This document shows, piece by piece, positions 29,001 through 41,531 of a DNA stretch of 64,000 nt. The position numbers and the translations under genes were made by a program. Positions within the stretch are counted from its first letter, which is position 1, and each line of letters starts with the position of its first letter. Under the pieces are notes generated by a model. That model was not told where the DNA came from, did no database searches, and saw nothing but the letters and a program-made list of their open reading frames with translations. The DNA is from Vicugna vicugna. Taxonomy: Eukaryota. The DNA is taken from the NCBI GenBank assembly GCA_013265495.1, contig MU058714.1, positions 620,001 to 684,000 on the forward strand. The letters run 5' to 3'.

Positions 29001-32000
29001 CGGGAGCAGTGCAGGAGGGACTGGGGGAGACCTGTGACCGTTGTCTCCTCCCCTTCTGATCTGCTGCTGAGGCTTCCCAGGGGCTGAACCCACCAGAAGT
29101 CAGGGGCTCTCCGGCCCACGAGACGCACCTAGGGGGGTCAGCCTCAGGGGGCCAGTGGAAATGGCAGTAGACCAGTCAGAGAGCATCATAGGAGGTCAGA
29201 AGTGAATCTTCTGGACCCAGCGAAGCACCTGTAACTCAGAGAGCTAGACTGAAAACGTGGGCTGGTAGCTTGGCTGCCCCTGTGACCTGGGGCTCGACTC
29301 CCAGGGCCTGTGTACCTACTGAGGTTTTGTTTGTTCATTTTTGGTTTTGTCTTTTTTTTCTGGGAGGTGGGAGGTGATTAGATTTACTTATTTACTTACT
29401 TCTTTTTAATGAAGGTAGTGGGGATTGAACTCAGGACCTCGTGCATACCAAGCACACAGTCACTGAGCTATACCCTCCCACCTACCCGACTGAGATTTGA
29501 ATAAAATTTTGAAGAAGAGCAGGGACATAGATTTCTCAGGAAAAAGCAAAAAGAGTGTTTGAGAGAGGAAGCTTTCCAGCAGATGCAGCGACCAAAGGCC
29601 CGAGGGCCGGTGCTGTCGGCGGGCTTGTGCACTGACGCGGCGTCTGTCTGCAGGGTGGGCGATGTGGTGCTGGGGCTGGTCTGCATGCTGCTGCTGCTGG
29701 TGCTGAAGCTGATGCGGGACCACGTGCCTCCCGTCCACCCCGAGATGCCCCCCGGCGTGCGGCTCAGCCATGGGCTGGTTTGGACTGCCACGACAGGTGA
29801 GGGGTCTTCTGGCTGAGGGACCGCTTCCACATCTGTCCTTGCAACCTGGGCTCATGTGTGGTTACCTCAGGAGCCCGAGGCCCCCCTGACTAGAGCCGCT
29901 CACGTCACTTGCCAGGTGGTTCTGATTTGCAGCCTGGGTGGGGAACACTGCTTTGCAGCAGCAGTCAGCCAGCATGGATTTTGCCCTCCAGGGGATATTT
30001 GGCAGTGCCCGGAGATGTTTTTGGTTGACCCTCTGGGCGGGGCTGTTCCCGCTAAACATCCTGCAGTGCACAGCGTCCCACGGCGCAGAGTGATCTGGCC
30101 CAAAGCGTCAGCATTGCCAAGGTCGAGGAACCCAGGCAGGTCCCTGGGGGAGGAAGCAAACTCTCCTGAGGCCAGCCGGTCCTGTTTTAATTGTGTAGGT
30201 GGCAGGGGTGAACATTTTGCTTTGGGCTTGCAATCGAATGAGTCAGTTAACAAGAGGGTCTGTGAAGAAAGGCTGAAGTAAAAGGCTGCAAGATGAGGAA
30301 GGTCAGTGAGACCACTGGCTGGCTCAAGGGCTGTCTGGGGGGCAGGGGAGACAGCTGGAAGTCTCTCCACTGAGCTGGCCTTTGGTGACACCGAGAAAGG
30401 AAGGCAGGTACAGCAAAACAAGGAAGTGTTGGTGTCTCCCGGGCCTTCCCAGAGCTGAGGGGAATGGAAATCACCCTGCGTGGCCCTGCTTCTGAAACCC
30501 AGCCAGCTGTGGGAAGGAGAGTTGGCTAGACTTCAGCCCCTAAGTTACTTCCAGCTGCTCAGGGTGGTTCCCAGTTCCTGGAGTCACTCACCAGACCACC
30601 TCCTGCAGACTGGAGGCCGAGGGTAAAGGCTGAGCAGTCAGGAGTGGGGCAGAGTGCAGTGGAAACACCCAGCTTCCAGTCCCAGCTTTCCGCCACTTAC
30701 CTGGCGCTTGCACAAGTCACTTGCCAGAGTTCCTGAGCTTCAGTTGTCACCTGTAAAATAGTGGAAACAGGCTCTGTCCTCTAAAACCTTGACACTCAAA
30801 GTGTGGCCTCTGACCATCAGTCTGGGCATCCCCTGGGAGCTTGTTGGAAATGCAGGTGCTCAGACCCACCCAGACCTCTGACACGGAACCTGCACGGCAG
30901 TATGCTCACCGGGCGACTCGCAGGCGCGCTGAGGTCTGAGAAGGGCTCCTCCGAAACCCTGCAGGTTCCCTGAGGGCTGCTGTCTCCTCTCTCCAGGACA
31001 CACAGCATCACCTTAGGAAACTAGTTACTGAGCTCCCAGCTGTGCAGTTTCACAAAGTCGTCATTTCAGCTTATATTCTAGTTGAGTGAGTATAGGTTAA
31101 TCTACAGCAGAACCTTGCATTTGTTCAGCAATTCATAGAAAAATCGTTTGGCCCCCGAACACCCTTGTTGGGCAGATGGAACAGCCGTCATGTCTCCCTG
31201 TTTGCAGGTGAAAAAGCGGACTTGCAGGAACTGAATGAGCTGTGATCCCACATAACGTGGCGGGTGTTTGTGAAGCACATCGCAGGCATCACTGCCTTTG
31301 ATTCCCATGAAGATGGGATATTATTTCCTCTGCTTTTCTAACAACAGACAAACCAGACAAGACTTCCCGAGGCACACGGCTAGGATGAGGCAGAGTGGGG
31401 CCTTGCTCCCAGGTCACCCACTGTTTTCTCTCATCAGTTGATTTGGAAGTATGCTGATTTCACGGCCGTCTCAGAACCCACTTTGATTGCATTGGTGTCT
31501 CTGTTGGGTTTGTTTTCTAGTTCGTTGGTTCTGCTCGAACCTTTATTATTTCTTTGCTGTGGCGTATTTCGGGTTCCGTGTTCACGCCTGCCACGTGGGC
31601 GCTTGTGTCTGTGCTTTCTCCCAGGCTGGGGCGGGGTCTTCCGCCTCCTGAGGTGTATTTGTCCAGGGACCCGGAGGATCCAGGTTTCACCGACGGTCTC
31701 TCCCTGTCTGTCCTAGCTCGCAACGCCCTGGTTGTGTCCTTTGCTGCCCTGGTCGCGTACTCCTTCGAGGTGACTGGATACCAGCCCTTCGTTCTAACTG
31801 GGAAGACACCCGAGGGGCTGCCTGAACCCCACGTCCCTCCCTTCTCAGTGACCACCACCAACGGGACAGTCTCCTTCACCGAGATGGTGCAGGTGGGTAG
31901 AAGCAGAAGCTGAGGTCACAGTGGCCCCTGAGCCTGGCTCTACGTCCCGGATACATCGGCTTAGTGACAGGCAGCTCTGAGCTCAGCAGGAGCTGCCATG

Positions 32001-35000
32001 TCCTCCCCAGGGGCGGCTCTGGTGCAGAGACAGGCGTGCAAATGAATTCTAGATGAGGCACAACCTCCAGGGACATCGCATTTACTTTTCTGCCTGGAGC
32101 CCAGGGGTCTTACGCCAGCCGAGTAGGAGCGTGTCCTGTTCTGTTCAGTGTCGTGCTGCCTGCGGTGTGAGCTTGCAGCCCTGCTGCTGAAGGACGTCTG
32201 CTTCCGTCAGACGAGGAGTCAGCACCTGCCCCAGCGGGTCACTGCCTGGTCAGACCCCTCCTGGCCGTCCCAGGGGTTCCTCACCATCCCTCTCTCCTCT
32301 CTCAGGGCATGGGGGCCGGACTGGCCGTGGTACCCCTGGTGGGTCTCCTGGAGAGCATCGCAGTGGCCAAATCCTTTGGTAAGATGCCCACCCCTGACAC
32401 CCTCCCTGGCGTCTCAGCCCAGAGCCCCACCTGCCTTGCTTCCCTGCTCTCCTGCTTGCTTTTATTTGCTCTGATTTTTAAAACTTTGAATTTTTATCCC
32501 AAGTGATTCATGCTCATGTTAAAACAAAATCTATAGTAAAAATGGGTTTACAATGAAAGATTCCTTACAGCGCCTGGAAATGTTTGGCAGCCTGCTCTCT
32601 CTGGACATGAAAGGTCCTGTGTTTAGCCTCTGCCAGTTGCACTTTGCATGTGTGGTGTAAGCACTCCCCCGGACCAGCTGATTGCAGGCTGACCACGGAG
32701 GTTGAACTTTGGGATGCGATGTGAAGTAGCCACCATCCACCATCCACCATCCGCATGCACTTAAATAACCTCACCGGCCTTTATCAAAGGCAGTGAAACA
32801 ACTGGGAAGCGACACGCTTTAGGCATTGTCTTTGTTCTTAACGTAACTTACTTGATTGAGAATTTTAAATTGGTAATAATGGCTATTTTTGGTAACTGGT
32901 TTGCAAAAATTCCTAAAAAATTTAAGAAGTGTCTTTTCCAGCTGTCTGAGCACACCTGGCTGGCCCCCCTTGTACCAGGGAGGCTGGGAGATGCTAATCT
33001 ACTTACGCGTGTGTGGCTCAGTTCTCCGGTTCCCTCCGTGTGAGCTGAGGCTGTCAAGCCCTTCACGTGTCCTCCCTTCATCTTGGGTGCCTGGGCTTCC
33101 AGCGTTGTGTTGTCCAAGAGGACGACATGGTCATTCTGTTCTGTAACAGGTCAAGTCCTGCTTGGCTTGGGCCTAGGGCGAGTCTAAAGGTAAAACTCAG
33201 ATACACAGAGTGTGTCATTATGACGACGTAAGTCACAGGGTTCGCTGCCCAGCCCGGGTTGTGCCAGGGGCACACCTCCTTCTCTGAGGCTCCGGCGTGT
33301 GGACCAGCAGACCATACCAAGGAGCCGCTAAGCCAGCGTCCGTTCTAAAAGGGTCTCCCTTCCGCGTGCCAGCAGTCACTCAGGATCACATGCAGTTCGG
33401 CTGTGACCTGTTCAGCTCACATCTTTCTTGTTAAGTTTTTATATTTCTGATATTTTTTAAAATGTCTTTTTGGTGGGGGTAATTTTTAAATTCATTTGTC
33501 TTTTAATAGATATACTGGGCATTGAACCCAGGACCTTGTGCACGTTAAGCACGCACTCAACCACTGAGCTATACCCTCCCCCCCGATCTGTTTTATAATT
33601 TGGGGGAGGGCATCTTGGGATTTGCTTCTGACACTGTTACTTGTTTTGTCTGTTACTTAGAAACTGTTTTCTTTTGAAGTTAGCCGCCCTCCTGTTTTCA
33701 TTTGTAAAGGCTGTCATTCTCTTAAATCGGGGTTTAGGAAGCCATGGCCTGCTGCTCATGACCGTAGAATGACTTTTGTGGGTTTGTTTGTTTATTTAGG
33801 GGGAGAAGAGGTAATTAGACTCATTTATTTGTATTTATTTTTCCACAGAGGTACTGGGCCTTAAACCCTGGACCTCGTTCATGCTGAGCACGTGCTCTAC
33901 CACTGAGCTACACCCTTCCCCTGGCTTTTTCATTTTTAAGTGTTAGGAGGGAAACTCTGAAGGAGACTGAGATTTGGTGAGATGCCTGGTTCTGCCCACA
34001 AGTCAGGTTTTACTGGAGCGTGGTCTCTTGCTCGCTCGTTTCTCGTTCTACGGCTGCTTCTAGTCACAGCGGCGAGCCGAGCAGCCGTGACAGCGTGGCC
34101 CTCGAGCCTAAAATAATGTCGTCTGGCCCTTTACAGGAAGTTGGACAACTGCTGTCCTAAATTCATACCCCTCCGTGGTTCCCCAGAGCTCCCCACTCCT
34201 CTCTCTGGGCCTCACATGAGACTTTTCTTGTCATCTCAACTGTAACCAGGAAGTTTTTTAGTTGTAAGCGTCCTTCCCTTATTATAAAAGCAGTAGGTTT
34301 TTGTTGCACCAAATATTGTTGAGGAGATTTAGTAGGGAAACTGTGGATGTGCCTGCACGCGGGGCATCTCACAAAAGTGGCCGGACTTACCTGCAAACAG
34401 AAATTCCCGCCAAGTGACCCTTCCTCTTCCCAGGAGGAACATTGTTTGCAAACTAGGATGTTTATCTGTTCCTCAGAAGGAACAGGCCTGGGAACAGGAG
34501 GGTCTGAGAGCAATAAAGACACTTAGGATACGAAGTGAACAGGAGGAATGTCTTATTAGATGTGGTGCGCTTGCGTCAATTCAAAAAATGCTGTCTCGCG
34601 ATGCTTGGTATGGGTTCAGGTTGCTCCTTTGTGGGAGGGGTATAAGAATAAAGAAACCCGAGCCTCGAGAGACTTTTTGCACCACAACCGCTCAGGGATT
34701 CATTTCGTCGGTCACATTTTTGTAATTCATTTCGTCGGCCACATTTCGTTGGTCACATTTTTGTAATTCGTTTCGTCAGCCGCATTTTTGTGATTCATTT
34801 CGTCGGCAACATCTTGAACGTTCAGAAATGGGTGAAGGAGAAACAGAGCACCTGTGGTCTCCCTCACTGCCCCAGCTAACTGCTGCTGGCGCTGCGCTCA
34901 ACGTCTTTCTACAGTTTTTTTAATTGCAAACCCACAGGAACACTACTGCATTTTCACGTATGTGTATATTTTGTCCCTGTTTATACCTTATATTTACAAA

Positions 35001-38000
35001 ACACAGACAGTGCTGTAGGGAGAAACCTAGGTAACCTGCTTTTTCATTTCGTAAACAGTCTCTTGATGGTATACATCTAGTGACAATGTTTTCATTGTCT
35101 GTTCTCTGTAGCCTCTCAAAATAACTACCGTGTTGACGCCAACCAGGAGCTGCTGGCCATCGGTAAGACTCCAGCAGCGGGCAGGTGGCAGTTCTTGGGG
35201 TCTGGGTGATGCTGGTTGTGCTGAGGGGCAGGTAGCAAAGGTGGCCTGAGGGCGGCCCGTCCTCCAGTCTCGGGTGGTTCTGTCCAGTCCCCAGGAGCAG
35301 GGAGCCGACGCCAGGCGTCCAGCCTGCCTCAGGCTTATTGAGCGCCTGCTGTGCACCAGACCCTGAGATCTGTGGCTGTTCTATGGCGGGAACGCCCGAG
35401 TGCTCCTCCTGGGCTGGGCTGGGAGCTTCCTGGGGTGATGGTCAGATTACTGAGGGATGCGGCCATGTGGGGTCTCAGGTGAGCTGCTGATTGTGCAGGC
35501 TCTTGGCTGCCTTTGCCCCACCCTGGGCCTCCCTCCAGGTGGGGCAGGTGGATGAGTGAAGACTCAAGTGGATCCCAGGCCACCTGACCGCACACAGGTG
35601 TGTCCTAGGTGTCACCTGAGTTGTCTTGAGGCCTTGAATCTGTGACCGGTTGTGGGTTTTGTGAAGACCCCTGGGTGAGGCAGGTGCTCATGGAGCTGAT
35701 GGTGGTGAACTTGGGCTGGTTATCTCGGTTCGGGCATGTTCGTGTCCAGTGCAGATTAATTAGAGGCACGTGGGGAAGGCAGCTTACTGGCCGTGACCTT
35801 CTGCCCCTCCCTTCGGCTGGTCATCTCACGAGGGAGTGTAGGTTTGAAGGAACTCAGAGTGCAGGGGATGCCAGCGGACTTCCTGGGCCCTTTGGGCCTG
35901 TCTGTGTACAGTTGCCTTACTCGGCGAGCCCCCTTCTGGGCAGGTGGGGGTCCTCTGTCTCATACACGGGAAAAGGTGCGTTTAAGTCACACAGGCAAGG
36001 CCAGGCTCAGAATTACTTCATTGCTAGAATCAACCTCAGGGAGCTTGTCAAAGATCGTGGTTTGTCTTGTCCCTCTGAGAGAGCCGGCCACGTGCGGGAC
36101 GCCTCCCGGCTGGCTCCTCCCCTCTCTGTCTCCATTTCCTTTCTGGTTTCCCCTCCTTTCCTCCCCAGCTCCTTTCCCCTCTGTTTACGCCTTTTGGGTA
36201 AGCCTTTTGCCTCCATTCTCTCTCCAGGCCTGACCAACATCCTGGGCTCCATCTTCTCTTCCTTCCCCGTCACGGGCAGCTTTGGACGGTGAGTGACCAC
36301 GTGCTTCCTCCTCCGAGTCTCTGGGGAGGTCCCAGCCCAGGCAGAGGGTCCTCATCGGCTTGACGCAGCAGCTTCCCCTTGGGGCTCTTGCCTCCACCCC
36401 GAGGAGGCCGTTCTCCTTCTTGTCCGGCTGGGTCGGAGGTCTGAGGGCGGGGCGGGGGGCTGGCCCTGCCTCCCTTCACATCCCGGCTGGTTTTCCTGCT
36501 GGCCTTTAACTCAGAAGTCCCCACGTGTGGAAGTGCTGCCCATATCTCCTCTCGGCGCCGGAGTTAATTCCTGAGAGAAAGCAGGGCCAGGAAGGGCAGG
36601 GCTCTGCCTGAGGACATGGGCCGGGGCGTTAGAGGAGTGCAGACTCTTGGGTGGGGTCTTGTGGGTGGGTGACTCGTGGCTGGAGGGGGCGGTGTCAGTG
36701 CCCAGCCTCCAGGCCGAAGTCCCGAACCCTGACCAACCCTGTCTGGGCACCAAACTTCCTGCCACCCCAAGCCACCGTGTCCCGGAGGGCGCAGGGCACA
36801 CTGCCCAGCCTCCGCACCCCAGTGTCCTCGTCTGTAAAACGGCTCATGATGGGCCTGTCTCAGAGTTATTTAGAGAATTTAATGAAAACCACATAGAACA
36901 ATGCTGGTGGCCCGGTAGGTGCTGTGTTAGTGTTTGTGAAATAGAACCTCTGTTTTTTAGTCTAACTTACTTGTTTTTGTGGGCATGAGCAGATTGCCAG
37001 CCTGTTCAGTCAAGGTCATATTTTGTCTCTCTCAGTATCTAGCGCAGTTCCTTGTGTATAGTGGGTCCTGAAATAATTGTATGGATATTTAATTAATGAA
37101 ATTTCTGCTTAATTCCATAGAGGTTAAAGGTGACTTAGGAGAAGGCAGGGAAGCATAAAGACAAAATTTATTTCTGGAGGAAGCATAGGTGGGCACAGAG
37201 CCCGGTCAGGGCGTTGGGAGGCACGGAGGAGGCGGGGCCCGGGGCTGTTCCCTCGTCATCTTGGTGGTGGCAGACGGGAACATGGCCTGAGGACCACATC
37301 TCTGGCAGAGAAAGCTTATCCTGGCACTTGGATCTGAATGCATTTTTGCAGACAGGCAGTCCACTCACTGCTGGAATTGTGTTTCTCCACGTAGGTTTTT
37401 TCTGTTTGCACGTGCACGTATAAACACGTGTGTGTGTGCACCTGTATGTGATCTGCCTACATGTACATACACACACATTAAGTGGGATTCCCCCACTTGA
37501 CAGCTTTTTTCTACGTCAGTAAAAGTGAGCATCTGCATCATTTCTCACTGTGGTGGGGATTCTGTCGTAGGGCGCTGTGTTCTTTCACCAGAGACGTTGT
37601 AACAAAGCACCACAGATGAGGTGGCTTCAACAGCAGGTGTTTATTTCTCACAGTTTGGGGGCATCTAAGATCAAGGCGCTGGCAGATCCTGAGGCCTCCC
37701 TCCTGGGCTTGCAGACGGCTGCCTGCTCCCTGTCCTCACTTGGCCGTTCCTGTGTGTCCCAGTTTCCTCTTATAAGGGTGTTAGAGGAGGGCCCACCCTC
37801 ACATTAACTTAAACACTCCTTTCAAGGCCCTTTCTCCAAACTCAGTCACTTCCTGAGGGGCGGGGCTCCGGGCTTCAGCGCGGGTATGGGGCCCGGCAGT
37901 GGGATGCACTTCAGCCCGGGGCAGCGAGTTTTAATTTGGCTCTTCTGTTGGGTATTTGGGTTTACGTCCAGGCCCCTCTCAGACGTGCTGATCAGTTATT

Positions 38001-41000
38001 CTGGGTTCACCGAGAAGGCCCGGGAGTCCCCCGTGGAGAGAGGTGCTGACGTCAGTGGGGCCTCCTGTCCCCGCCGCCCCAGTCTGGGACGCCAGCCACA
38101 GCTGTGTGGACCGACGCCTCCTGTGCTCACCGGGGTCCGACAGCCACTAATGGGTCTCTGTTGCCTTCCAGGACGGCTCTGAACGCCCAGTCGGGGGTGT
38201 GCACCCCTGCAGGGGGCCTGATGACGGGTGAGCACCCCTCGCACACACACCATGTTACCCCCACCCCTGTGTCCGCAGCCGTAAGAGGAGGGGAAGGGAC
38301 GCGGGGCCAAGGTGCAGCTGCGTCCCCCAGAGCAGGGCTGGGCCCTGCCCAGGCGGGGCTCCTCCCAGGGGGAGTCAGGTGGCCGGACTGCGAGGTCACA
38401 GCAGCCCTCCCCCGCATAGGAACCCTGGTGCTGCTGTCGCTCGACTACCTGACCTCGTTCTTCTACTACATCCCCAAGTCCGCCCTGGCCGCCGTCATCA
38501 TCATGGCTGTGGTCCCCCTGTTCGATACCAAGATCGTCCGGACGCTGTGGCGCGTGAAGAGTACGTATGCCCCATCCACGCCGAGCGTAACGCTCCCCCA
38601 CCGACGGCCGATGCCAAGCCAGCCGGGCTGCAGAGAGACCGGGGCTTCCCAGGGTGACCGGTGGGGCCAGCGTCAGAGCCTCCCTTTCCCCGCCAGTCAC
38701 AGCGGCTTCAGGGACCCCGAACCTGCAGGCCCTTTACTGTGCTAGTTTTTGTCTTGTTTCTCAAAGCAGTGGAGGGATTTACGTGACTTCTCAGGCTCCT
38801 TGTTAGTCGGTCCTCACGAGTTACAGAGAGAAGGGAACCGTGCCATGTGCTTGTTGGCACCAGGGCGCACAGGTGTCATCGCATCCCATCTCAGAGCAGC
38901 CCCGGAGCACGTGCTGCTGTGCCTCCATTTCCGTGCCACGGGGGACACAGCAGATACCCCTGGCGGACGCTGAGGCCGGGGGGTGGGGCTTGGCCGAGAG
39001 GCGTGTGTCTGGGGTGGGCTCCAGGGCTGACCCCCAAGCCCACCCGTTTTGCTCTGTGATACTTTCTCCTTCTGCAACTCAGAGACGTCCCAGTGCCTCC
39101 CCAGACCCCACATCCCAGGCCTGGCCCTGTCCTCATATCCTTTCTTCCTTGATCTCCTGAGAAGGGCCAGCCAGGCAGGTCTTAACTGTCCCTCAGCCCA
39201 GGCAGGGCAGGACTTGCTGCCTCTGACGTGCCCTGTGCTGGCATGGCCTGTCAACAGCATCGGTCCCCAAGGCCCCAGATGCAGGGGCCCCTCAGGGGCT
39301 ACTCGGGGTCCGTGACACCTTTATTCAGTATGTGGAAAGTCACATACAAGGGTAGGTCTCCCTGGGGGCTTGGGTGGCTGGGAGCTGAGCTCGCTGAGGA
39401 GGGGCGGCCCCTCAGCTGGACCCTTCTCCCAGGGCTGGACTTGCTGCCCCTCTGCGTGACCTTCCTGCTCTGCTTCTGGGAAGTCCAGTACGGCATCCTG
39501 GCCGGGACCCTGGTGTCTGTGCTGATTGTCCTGCACTCCGTGGCCAGACCCAAGATACAGGTAGCCCGTCGGGCCTCCCTGCGGGGGACCCACCGGCCTC
39601 CGGGGGCCCGGTGGGGGAAGTATGCCGTAGGTGGAGCCCTCAGCCCCACTGTCTGGCATTCTGAGCTCTTGATGTAATTGTGGTCTGAGGGACTGCTGAG
39701 TGACCATTCACCTGGTGGACGGTGTAGCCTTCCTGCTGTAAACCAGTGCTTTCCCACTGCGGGTGGGGCGCCTGCCAGCTCCGTGCTCCCTTCCAGCCTG
39801 TGCCTGGTAGAGCTGCCAGGTCAGACTTGCCTCCGGTACTCACTGGCTTCCCCTCGCGTCCCCAGGTGTCGGAGGGACAGGTGCTGATCCTGCAGCCGGC
39901 TGGTGGCCTGCACTTCCCTGCGATCGACAACCTCCGGGAGGACATACTGAACCGGGCTTTGGGAAGTATGTGGCCAGATGGGCTGCGGTCACCCCCCAGC
40001 TCCCCGCCGCCCTCTCTGCGCCCTAGCCTGGCTGTTGCTGGACCCCAAGACCCTGCCCTCAGCAGTCAGAGAGGAGCTCGTCCTCGGGTCCGGGGGGGTC
40101 TCTGGTGTCTCAGAGCAGTGTCCACTGGGCCCCCGTCTGCATGCAGTAAGGGTGATGGTTCACCTACATTTGTCCCTAAGGGCCTGTTCCTTCTAAAAGT
40201 TGGTATTTAGGGGAGAAAGGAGACTATTCACCCACCTGCAGCAGAAACGGACTGCTGTCCCCAAACAGCTAATGTCTTTGGTCCCTGTCACCTCCTCGTC
40301 CCCCTCGGGGAAGAGAGATTGATGGCATTCCTTGGCCTGCGCCCCTGACCAGGGCCTCCCCTGGTGGCCTCCATCTGGTGTGACCTCTCCCCTGTCCCGC
40401 AGCCTCCCCGCCACGCTGCGCCATCCTGGACTGCACCCACGTCTTCAGCATTGACTACACCGTGGTGCAGGGGCTTGGGGAACTCATGGAGGACTTCCAC
40501 AAGCGGGGTGTCACCCTCGCTCTCATTGGCCTGCAGGTGAGTGTTGGCAGCCTGTGAGGTCGGTGTCATCACGGTCTCCACGCTGGGACGAGGCCCAGAG
40601 AAGCTGAGCATACTGCCCAAGGGCACACAGCAAGGATGGCAGCCGGGCTCCGGTCTTGCAGTGTCTCGCTGCAGAGCTCAGCATCCCGCGTTGTGTTTGC
40701 AGAGCGCTCATCTCTGTGTTCTTACGGAGATCTGAGGCAGTCTGACGTGGGCTGCTCTGGCAGGAGTGTCCCCACGTGGAATCACTGTCTGTCTGCCCGC
40801 AGGTCCCTGTTCTCCGTGTCCTGCTGTCTGCTGACCTGAAGGGCGTCCTGTACTTCTCCACCATGGAAGAAGCAGGTGGGTGCAGCCAGTCATCAGAGAG
40901 AGAACCAAGGCAGCCCGGCTGCCCACACCCCACGGGGTCAGGATGGCAGGATGGAAGCCCTGAGAGACAGGAGGGTCGGTGCTTGAGTCCGAGAGTCCTC

Positions 41001-41531
41001 ACGGATGGGTGCAGCCAGGTGTCCACCAATCAGGATGTAGAACGTCTCCCTCGTTCCCCGTTCCAGTGGCCCCCCTCCCCACCCTGGGGGTCAGCACCGC
41101 TCTGACTCCCCCCAGCATCGGTCAGCGTAGCCTGTTCTAGAACTTTGTGTAGCTGGATCAAAAGGATGTTTTTGTACCTGGCTCCTTCGGCTCAACGTGG
41201 TATCTGCTGGATGCACCCACGTTGCTGCTGGAAGCAGTGGTGGACCCTGCCCGACAGTGAGGAGGGCTGTTGTGGCTGGGGGACTTCGGTGAGCCCAGGC
41301 CAGGGCTAGGGACACCGGTCCAAGGACCTCAACTCCCAGCACATGAGTTCCCCAAAATGCCGGCCTTTGATCCCATTCTGTGAACTGACCCATCCTCACT
41401 TTGCTTTTTTAGTGTTTGAAAACCTTGTGTTTTCTGCAGAGAAATACCTGAAGCAAGAACCTGGGGCTCAGCCCTACAACGTCAGCGAGGACTCTGTTCC
41501 GGAACACAAGATCGCCCTGCTGAAGGCCTGA
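24870..41531 (+). CDS. SLC26A11: Sodium-independent sulfate anion transporter SLC26A11, complete spliced CDS, 16 coding exons, 606 aa
   Basis: Exons 24870-25103, 25652-25844, 26255-26340, 28268-28347, 29654-29796, 31717-31892, 32306-32378, 35112-35162, 36228-36288, 38172-38227, 38420-38560, 39433-39560, 39866-39965, 40403-40536, 40803-40875, 41440-41531, total 1821 nt. SLC26 motifs IPQALAYA...YGLYS, NQELLAIG, TGSFGRT; STAS motif LDCTHVFSIDYT. Confidence 0.97.
25652..25844 (+). CDS. SLC26A11: SLC26A11 coding exon 2
   Basis: YGLYSAFMGCFVY...GFLRL |gtaagc. Confidence 0.95.
25977..26010. repeat. (GT)17 microsatellite
   Basis: Directly visible. Confidence 0.95.
26255..26340 (+). CDS. SLC26A11: SLC26A11 coding exon 3
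   Basis: LLDFISCPVIKGFTSAAAITISFGQIK |gtaggc. Confidence 0.94.
27697..27732. repeat. (CTCGCCCCCGCG)3
   Basis: Perfect 12-bp units at 27697, 27709, 27721. Confidence 0.9.
28268..28347 (+). CDS. SLC26A11: SLC26A11 coding exon 4
   Basis: NLLGLQHIPRQFFLQVYYTFRNIGET. Confidence 0.93.
29350..29482 (-). mobile_element. tRNA-derived SINE (camelid Vic-1-like)
   Basis: GGGGATTGAACTCAGGACCTCGTGCAT...CACTGAGCTATACCCTCCC with T-rich tail. Confidence 0.75.
29654..29796 (+). CDS. SLC26A11: SLC26A11 coding exon 5
   Basis: VGDVVLGLVCMLLLLVLKLMRDH...WTATT. Confidence 0.94.
29975..30135. mobile_element. MER20-like hAT DNA transposon relic
   Basis: GATTTTGCC..CCAGGGGA.ATTTGGCA...CTAAACATCCTGCAGTGCACAG. Confidence 0.6.
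31717..31892 (+). CDS. SLC26A11: SLC26A11 coding exon 6
   Basis: RNALVVSFAALVAYSFEVTG...FTEMVQ. Confidence 0.94.
32306..32378 (+). CDS. SLC26A11: SLC26A11 coding exon 7
   Basis: GMGAGLAVVPLVGLLESIAVAKSF. Confidence 0.94.
33465..33583 (-). mobile_element. tRNA-derived SINE
   Basis: ATTGAACCCAGGACCTTGTGCACGTTAAGCACGCACTCAACCACTGAGCTATACCCTCCC. Confidence 0.78.
33780..33922 (-). mobile_element. tRNA-derived SINE inside a MER58-like relic (about 33725-34160)
   Basis: GGACCTCGTTCATGCTGAGCACGTGCTCTACCACTGAGCTACACCC. Confidence 0.72.
34698..34812. repeat. Degenerate ~27-bp tandem repeat (ATTCATTTCGTCGGTCACATTTTTGTA)
   Basis: About 4 copies visible. Confidence 0.85.
35112..35162 (+). CDS. SLC26A11: SLC26A11 coding exon 8
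   Basis: SQNNYRVDANQELLAI; tag| and |gtaaga. Confidence 0.93.
36228..36288 (+). CDS. SLC26A11: SLC26A11 coding exon 9
   Basis: LTNILGSIFSSFPVTGSFG; |gtgagt. Confidence 0.93.
37590..37915 (-). mobile_element. MLT1-like LTR
   Basis: GTAACAAAGCACCACAGA...TTTATTTCTCACAGTT...AAGATCAAGG. Confidence 0.65.
38172..38227 (+). CDS. SLC26A11: SLC26A11 coding exon 10
   Basis: TALNAQSGVCTPAGGLMT. Confidence 0.93.
38420..38560 (+). CDS. SLC26A11: SLC26A11 coding exon 11
   Basis: TLVLLSLDYLTSFFYYIPKSALAAVII...WRVK. Confidence 0.94.
39433..39560 (+). CDS. SLC26A11: SLC26A11 coding exon 12
   Basis: LDLLPLCVTFLLCFWEVQYGILAG...ARPKIQ. Confidence 0.94.
39866..39965 (+). CDS. SLC26A11: SLC26A11 coding exon 13 (STAS)
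   Basis: VSEGQVLILQPAGGLHFPAIDNLREDILNRALG. Confidence 0.92.
40403..40536 (+). CDS. SLC26A11: SLC26A11 coding exon 14 (STAS)
   Basis: SPPRCAILDCTHVFSIDYTVV...LIGLQ. Confidence 0.93.
40803..40875 (+). CDS. SLC26A11: SLC26A11 coding exon 15
   Basis: VPVLRVLLSADLKGVLYFSTMEEA. Confidence 0.93.
41440..41531 (+). CDS. SLC26A11: SLC26A11 terminal coding exon
   Basis: KYLKQEPGAQPYNVSEDSVPEHKIALLKA then TGA. Confidence 0.93.

Noticed and set aside
41500..41531. SLC26A11 C-terminal EHKIALL as a dileucine lysosomal sorting signal
   Set aside because: Spacing does not fit canonical [DE]xxxL[LI]; cannot be supported from sequence alone
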